Below are positions 58,781 through 64,000 of a DNA stretch of 64,000 nucleotides, piece by piece. Made by a program: the position numbers and the translations under genes. Under the pieces are notes generated by a model. That model had not been told where the DNA came from. It saw nothing but the letters and a program-made list of their open reading frames with translations, and searched no databases. Where the stretch lies: NCBI GenBank assembly GCA_023269855.1, contig JAGDWP010000085.1:2991-66990 (forward strand), given 5' to 3'. Numbering within the stretch: the first letter of the stretch is position 1; each line of letters starts with the position of its first letter. The stretch comes from Nitrososphaerales archaeon (GTDB lineage Archaea; Thermoproteota; Nitrososphaeria_A; Caldarchaeales; Wolframiiraptoraceae).

Positions 58781-59175
58781 TATTTATTCACCATCCTGTC
58801 TAGTATTCTCGGTATTGACTCAATAGTAGTGAGACCAAACTTTCTAAACTTTCGCAACATATTCCAGTATGTTAAGTCTATATTCTTAACGAGACCTTCT
58901 AATAACTTCCTTAGGTATAGTGTCTTCTTCACTCCTTCATAATCCAAGTCGAATAAAAGTATTACATGGACAGGCTTCATGGAGTCAATCATATGTAGTA
59001 ATTCTTCCCTTGACTTGTAAACCATGATCGTACCCTTTACGCCTACCGCTCTTAATGCTTCAACATCTTTTTCACCTTCAACGATTATCGGAGAACCATA
59101 CTCTGATTCTCTAGCAATTCTTCCAATTATTTCTAAAAGCTCTTCATAATCCTCAGTATATTTATGCTTTCTCAT
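58780..59175 (-). CDS. Small Toprim-domain protein
   Basis: 131 aa. Motifs IIVEGEKDVEAL and LLFDLDYEG (E...DxD). Its stop overlaps the CitG-like start by 1 nt. Confidence 0.65.
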   Translation of the reverse strand: MRKHKYTEDYEELLEIIGRIARESEYGSPIIVEGEKDVEALRAVGVKGTIMVYKSREELLHMIDSMKPVHVILLFDLDYEGVKKTLYLRKLLEGLVKNIDLTYWNMLRKFRKFGLTTIESIPRILDRMVNK

Positions 59176-59455
59176 GTAGTACGTCCATCCAGTAATACAG
59201 GTACATTATTTTAAAGTTTCACTCTCTTCAATTGGTTATCATCTTTCTCATGATGACCGTCTTCTTCATCTATACTGATTAATGATTGCAGAGTTTAAGA
59301 AAAAATGTATCTTATTTATTATTGCATAATCATTTTCTGATAGGTAGTTCCACTGGAAAACTTACTGGATACGTCGGGAAAAAATACGCTCGTATTACAA
59401 AGTCTTTTTAGATCTTCAGTTTTCATTAGCTCTCAGGATTGGAGGTGAGAAATGA

Positions 59456-59602
59456 ATGAAAGTAGTAACTGTTCATCTCCCAGAAGCCTACTTAGAAGCA
59501 ATAGATGAACTAGTTAGAAGGAAGATTTATCCAAACAGAGCTGAGGCAATAAGAATGGCTGTGAGAGATTTTATCCAGTCGGAGGCAAACATAAGTGAAT
59601 GA
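59456..59602 (+). CDS. cdrS: Ribbon-helix-helix (CopG-type) protein, CdrS-like
   Basis: Not in the ORF track (48 aa): MKVVTVHLPEAYLEAIDELVRRKIYPNRAEAIRMAVRDFIQSEANISE. GGAGGTGA lies 7 nt upstream. It overlaps the ftsZ GTG start by 8 nt. Confidence 0.75.
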   Translation: MKVVTVHLPEAYLEAIDELVRRKIYPNRAEAIRMAVRDFIQSEANISE

Positions 59603-60659
59603 CGAAATATTTATTGATGCAGGATTACTGAACGACGTAAAGATAACATTGATTGGAGTAGGAGGCGCTGGATGCAATACCGTCAACAGATTATCAAGCT
59701 CAAACCTTAGTAGAATAAACCTAATCGCAGCAAACACTGATGCTCAACATCTTGAGATAATAAAAGCACCCCATAAGATTATACTCGGAAAAGGAACAAC
59801 TAAATTCAGAGGCGCAGGTGGAGACCCCTCAAAGGGAAGAGAAGCAGCAGAAGAATCCGTAGATGAGATTAGGGAATTATTAGAAGGTTCAGATATCGTT
59901 TTCATCTCAGCTGGACTAGGTGGAGGAACGGGGACAGGTGCAGCGCCATTAGTAGCAGAAGTAGCTAAGGAGGAAGGCGCAGTAGTCATAGGTTTCGTAA
60001 CTCTTCCATTCAAATTTGAGGGAAACGTCAGGAAGAGAATAGCCCTCCAGGGACTAGAAGATATGAAACGTAACTGCCACACTGTAGTAGCTATAGACAA
60101 TAACAAGTTACTAGAGCTTTATCCACAGTATAGTTTAAAGAACGCTTTCGCAGTAGCTGATGAAGTGATAAGTAACATGATACTCAGTATTACGGAGTCT
60201 ATACTTAAGCCGAGCTTAATCAACATAGACTACGCAGATTTCAAAACAATAATGATGAGGGGGAATTTGGCGGCCCTCGGTATAGGCATGTCTTCAACAC
60301 CGAATAGAGCGGAAGAAGCAACCTTCAATGCTCTTGAATGCCCATTACTCGACGTAACTTATGATGGTCTAACTGGAGCAATAATCCATGTGACAGGAGG
60401 GGAAGACATGAAGATCAGTGAAGCAGCTAGACCGGCAGAGATAGTTTCAGAATTAATGGGAGAAGAAGCGTTAGTCATTTGGGGTGCGAGAATAGATAAC
60501 TCTCTAGACTCAAGGCTTCAAGTATCATTGATACTGACGGGTGTAAAGAATAAGGAGTCTGAGGTATCGCTAGAAGAGGCCCCAAAAAAGAGTGAAGCCT
60601 TCGATGAAGAAGAATTAGAAAAGATAATGGAAGAACTAGGTGTAAAGAATCTCAGCTGA
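59595..60659 (+). CDS. ftsZ: Cell division GTPase FtsZ
   Basis: 354 aa. Motifs GVGGAGCNTVNR, tubulin signature GLGGGTGTGAAP, and NIDYADFKT. Confidence 0.95.
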   Translation: MNDEIFIDAGLLNDVKITLIGVGGAGCNTVNRLSSSNLSRINLIAANTDAQHLEIIKAPHKIILGKGTTKFRGAGGDPSKGREAAEESVDEIRELLEGSDIVFISAGLGGGTGTGAAPLVAEVAKEEGAVVIGFVTLPFKFEGNVRKRIALQGLEDMKRNCHTVVAIDNNKLLELYPQYSLKNAFAVADEVISNMILSITESILKPSLINIDYADFKTIMMRGNLAALGIGMSSTPNRAEEATFNALECPLLDVTYDGLTGAIIHVTGGEDMKISEAARPAEIVSELMGEEALVIWGARIDNSLDSRLQVSLILTGVKNKESEVSLEEAPKKSEAFDEEELEKIMEELGVKNLS

Positions 60660-62319
60660 AACTCTTTTTAATCTCCTCTAATTTTTTTATCTTTCCCAAT
60701 ATATCCTTTTCATCAATCTTCTTGAATAATGGTTTTGGCTGTTTGATTCTATGTCCTGGGAGCAGAGTTTTCTCGACGTCACTCCATCTTAATTCTTCAA
60801 CTCTTTTATCTATATTCAGGTATTCCAATATTTTTTGAGATGTGAATGGCAGATATGGTGACATTATTACTGCGAGAGCATGAACAACCTGTATCAATAC
60901 ATACATAGTTCTAGGAGCTTCCTCAAGATTTCTCCAGGGAGATTTCTCATTCAAGTACTTATTGCCTTCTTGAGCTAAATGAAGAATCTCTTTTAACCCA
61001 TCTCTAAACTCGCATGCTTCAACATGATCTCTGTATCTTTCAACTATACTACAACATTTCTCAAGCATTTCTTTACTATTCTCATCAAGCTGTCCTGGAT
61101 CAGGAACTACTCCATCCATTTTTTCATAGATGAATGTTAGTACACGATGTATAAAGTTGCCTAAAGTACCGATTAATTCTCCGTTAATCTTTTCTGCGAA
61201 ATCCTGCCACTTAAAATCTGTATCCCTAGTTTCAGGAGCGATCGCTGCTGCATAGTATCTTATAATGTCTGGCTCATATTCATTGAGTAGATCGTGAAGC
61301 CATATTACCCAGCCTCTGCTAGTTGAAAGTTTCTCTCCTTCGAGATTTACAAACTCGTTCACTACTACATTATATGGAAGTATGTAATCTCCATGAGCTA
61401 TAAGTAAAGCTGGAAACAATATTGTATGGAAGAATAGATTATCTTTACCGATGAAGCAGTAGAGCTTTGTCTCATTATTCATCCAATAGTCTTTCCAAGC
61501 ATCCGGACTTCCGAAAACATTCTCAGCCCAATCTCTTGTCGCAGAAATGTATCCAAGCAGGTTCTCAGCCCAATTATATATTACCTGATTCTCTGAGCCT
61601 GGGAAAGGAGCGGGAGGACCCCATTCATAATCCCTGGTTATATCTTTATCTCTTAATCCTTCTTTTTCCAACCATGAAATCGTCTTGTTGTATGTTGCCC
61701 TCCTCCAATACTTTTTGACTTTCACATATTCTAGTACTTTAGATGATAATTCGCTGAGTTTGAGAAAGTAATGTGTTTTCTTAATTATCTCAGGTTTCGT
61801 TCCACATAGAGTGCATTTTGGTTCAAGTATCTCGAAGGATTCATACCATGACCCGCATACTTCACATACATCTCCATACTGGTCTTCTGCTCCGCATTTT
61901 GGGCAGACTCCTTTCACGAATCTGTCTGGAAGAACCATCCTATCTCTAGGGCACCACCATTGCTTAATCTCCTTAGGATAGATGTATCCTTTCTCCCATA
62001 ATCTAATGTAAAATTCTCTTACGGTCTCATAATGTATGGGCTTACTAGTCCTTGAGAATATGTCAAAGCTTATTCCAAGTTTCTCGAAGACTTCTTTCTG
62101 AAGTGGATAATATTTATCACATAATTCTTTAGGAGTCATATTCTGTTTAATAGCTTCTAGAACGATGCTGCTTGCATTCTCATCTGTACCACATACAAAC
62201 AAGACTTCATCGCCTAACAATCTATGAAATCTAGCATAGATATCAGCTGGTAGGTATGCTCCTGCAAGATGCCCGAAATGTCTAGGAGCGTAGGAGTATG
62301 GTAGAGCTGCTGTAATCAA
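60652..62319 (-). CDS. metG: Methionyl-tRNA synthetase
   Basis: 555 aa with a TTG start. HFGH (HIGH-type), zinc knuckles CPKCG..CEVCG, and KLSTSRG (KMSKS-type). Confidence 0.9.
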   Translation of the reverse strand: MITAALPYSYAPRHFGHLAGAYLPADIYARFHRLLGDEVLFVCGTDENASSIVLEAIKQNMTPKELCDKYYPLQKEVFEKLGISFDIFSRTSKPIHYETVREFYIRLWEKGYIYPKEIKQWWCPRDRMVLPDRFVKGVCPKCGAEDQYGDVCEVCGSWYESFEILEPKCTLCGTKPEIIKKTHYFLKLSELSSKVLEYVKVKKYWRRATYNKTISWLEKEGLRDKDITRDYEWGPPAPFPGSENQVIYNWAENLLGYISATRDWAENVFGSPDAWKDYWMNNETKLYCFIGKDNLFFHTILFPALLIAHGDYILPYNVVVNEFVNLEGEKLSTSRGWVIWLHDLLNEYEPDIIRYYAAAIAPETRDTDFKWQDFAEKINGELIGTLGNFIHRVLTFIYEKMDGVVPDPGQLDENSKEMLEKCCSIVERYRDHVEACEFRDGLKEILHLAQEGNKYLNEKSPWRNLEEAPRTMYVLIQVVHALAVIMSPYLPFTSQKILEYLNIDKRVEELRWSDVEKTLLPGHRIKQPKPLFKKIDEKDILGKIKKLEEIKKSFS

Positions 62320-62380
62320 GTATCTCGCTAGAGCTTATCACCTCTATATGTTGTATGTAAAGGTTATTTTTTAATTTAAG

Positions 62381-63721
62381 CTAGGTCTCCTTCTGTGGGT
62401 TTAAAGGTTCAAGCCTTGCTTCAACTTCTTCTGAAGAAATCTCTGATTCAAGTAACAGTCTAGCCTCAATTTCTTCGGCAAATTCTTTAGCTAACTCTTT
62501 TTCCACAGATATTAGTTCATCGACTAAGTCTATCGGGAAAGGTATTCCAGTCGCAAGATTAACATTCTTAAAAGCATATGCTAGAACAATATCAAGATCT
62601 ACATCTTCACCAAGCTCCAAGCAGATAGGGGCCGCATACCTTGATAATCTAGCATGTATCCTAGGTCTACTAATGATCTCTCTTACAAGCTCTTCACCAA
62701 CCTTGTCCTTTGCAATGTCAAGCGTGTTAGCTAAGGCTAAGTCTGTTGTTATCTGGACTCTGAGCTTGCGGTCAACATACTCAAAAGCATTCTTCTTATT
62801 TTGGTCTACACTGTTTTCTTGACTGATTATTCCTTTCCTAAGCATTTCATCATACCATGTTACAAGGCTGGTATAATGTAAGTAGCTCCATTCATCTTCT
62901 ACTATATCTTTGTAATCAAAGTATTTGCCGACGGGGAGTAGGGATCGAAGTATAGACCTATCATTCCTATTCAAGACATATTCTTTCCGCCACGTATTAG
63001 AGAGAATCCATCCATCTAGAGCGCTTGTTCTAATTCTCTTTATCACGCCTACTGCTTTACCTGTTTTGACAAGTCTTCTAGTCAAGTTTAGTACATGGTC
63101 TATGAGTTCCCCGCCTGTCCTATATTCTTCTATTCCAAGATTTCTTAGATCAAGCTTTTTTACCTCGCTACATCTTGTTCTGAACCCATAGAATGAACCA
63201 TCAATAAGCAGTAAGTCAACATCATATTTTTTGAGACATCTTAAAGCCATCTCTCTTTCTTTTGCAGTCATAAAGAGTGAAAGGATCTTCTTAGTCTGCT
63301 GAATCCCTCCTATTTGATTAATCATCATATATCCTCCTTCCATACTTTCATCATCTTTATCCGAGATTACGTGACCTCCATCGAATACCATGTAACATGC
63401 AGTGTATACGCCGATTCTATAGCCAAGTCTCTCACTAAACGTAGGTGAGGAAGAACCATCTACTGCTCCAACCCTCAAATCCCTACTCAATACTTCAGGT
63501 ATATCTCTAAACTTCAGTAAATTACTAATGCTTGAAAGCTTCTCTCTTTCAGATTTAATCTGTTCCGCAGTTCTTGTAGCTGCTTTTCTAGCATACTCGT
63601 AAAAATCCATCTGAAGCTTGAAGGGTAACTTACTTATAGCTGACCGCTTCTCATCTTCGAATATCTCTATTCGCCTCCAGAGACTATAAGCGGCAGCCCG
63701 TTTATTAAGGTTCCAGAGCAA
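62381..63721 (-). CDS. nurA: NurA-family nuclease
   Basis: 446 aa. Motifs VGAVDGSS and LLLIDGSFYG. Confidence 0.7.
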   Translation of the reverse strand: MLWNLNKRAAAYSLWRRIEIFEDEKRSAISKLPFKLQMDFYEYARKAATRTAEQIKSEREKLSSISNLLKFRDIPEVLSRDLRVGAVDGSSSPTFSERLGYRIGVYTACYMVFDGGHVISDKDDESMEGGYMMINQIGGIQQTKKILSLFMTAKEREMALRCLKKYDVDLLLIDGSFYGFRTRCSEVKKLDLRNLGIEEYRTGGELIDHVLNLTRRLVKTGKAVGVIKRIRTSALDGWILSNTWRKEYVLNRNDRSILRSLLPVGKYFDYKDIVEDEWSYLHYTSLVTWYDEMLRKGIISQENSVDQNKKNAFEYVDRKLRVQITTDLALANTLDIAKDKVGEELVREIISRPRIHARLSRYAAPICLELGEDVDLDIVLAYAFKNVNLATGIPFPIDLVDELISVEKELAKEFAEEIEARLLLESEISSEEVEARLEPLNPQKET

Positions 63722-63741
63722 AGTAATGTTCTACGCATGTT

Positions 63742-64000
63742 TTATCGTAGCTGGAAGCTTATCAGCAAGGGTATGGGTGAGGGGTTCATTCTTCCTAAAA
63801 AGTAAAAGTGTCCTTCTGGTAGAGTTAGTAATGTTTCTGGAGATATGTAATAGGATGCGGCGAGTTTTTGTGCTTCTTCTACGTCTAATGGATGTATTCT
63901 TCCAATGAATTGTGTATTCAGGTTTCTTCTTACAGCAGCGTTTAACCCTATCTCTCCAGCCATTCCCTGCGATAATATGACTATTGATAAACCATAGCTT
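63742..64000 (-). CDS. herA: HerA-like (DUF87/FtsK-type) ATPase, C-terminal fragment; 5' end lies beyond the right window edge
   Basis: The frame is open to position 64000 (...SYGLSIVILSQGMAGEIGLNAAVRRNLNTQFIGRI...). It ends 20 nt upstream of nurA, the classical herA-nurA pairing. Confidence 0.5.
   Translation of the reverse strand, partial: SYGLSIVILSQGMAGEIGLNAAVRRNLNTQFIGRIHPLDVEEAQKLAASYYISPETLLTLPEGHFYFLGRMNPSPIPLLISFQLR

Noticed and set aside
59249-59300. C/D-like string AUGAUGA-N18-CUGA-UUA-AUGAUUG
   Set aside because: The 18-nt spacer is too long, C' is degenerate and no terminal D box is present.
62317-62337. Apparent N-terminal truncation of MetRS
   Set aside because: An in-frame stop lies 6 codons upstream, and the TTG start leaves the ALPY...HFGH motif at its normal distance from the N-terminus.

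Overview
Compact, visibly AT-rich archaeal chromosomal segment. The markers are AglB, the aIF2-alpha/Nop10/S27e block, an archaeal-type SAM synthetase, a Sulfolobus-type zinc ferredoxin and cdrS-ftsZ. About 60 protein genes are tightly packed, and many are joined by Shine-Dalgarno sites or overlapping start/stop codons. Most of the content is core metabolism and information processing. There are three different 2-oxoacid:ferredoxin oxidoreductases: a four-subunit KOR/VOR type, porGDAB, and a two-subunit Sulfolobus type. There is also a lipA-lpd-lipB module, a membrane pyrophosphatase, IleRS, MetRS, MTA phosphorylase, methanopterin-type pterin genes (mptA, mptE, beta-RFAP synthase, DUF447, CitG-like), aconitase, DNA ligase, NucS, Rio2, an Sm protein and a NurA/HerA pair. 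I saw no rRNA, tRNA, CRISPR array, transposase or obvious defence island. Several features are absent from the ORF track and come from my own reading. These are an ORF of at least 860 codons for a tandem HdrA-like protein running off the left edge directly behind an OFOR operon, and a canonical C/D box sRNA upstream of aglB. There is also a GC-rich nested hairpin that splits the normally contiguous S27e-aIF2alpha block, a 48-aa CdrS-like RHH gene overlapping the ftsZ start, and a 28-aa TM micro-ORF. Two genes are disrupted at homopolymers: the zinc ferredoxin (UUU-UGA +1 context) and a CPBP protease. I cannot point to one clearly novel multi-gene system. The best candidates are the OFOR-HdrA linkage, the lipoate/surface-glycoprotein/AglB chain, the nested-hairpin element and the ferredoxin frameshift. 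All functional calls rest on motif recognition by eye, with no database search.
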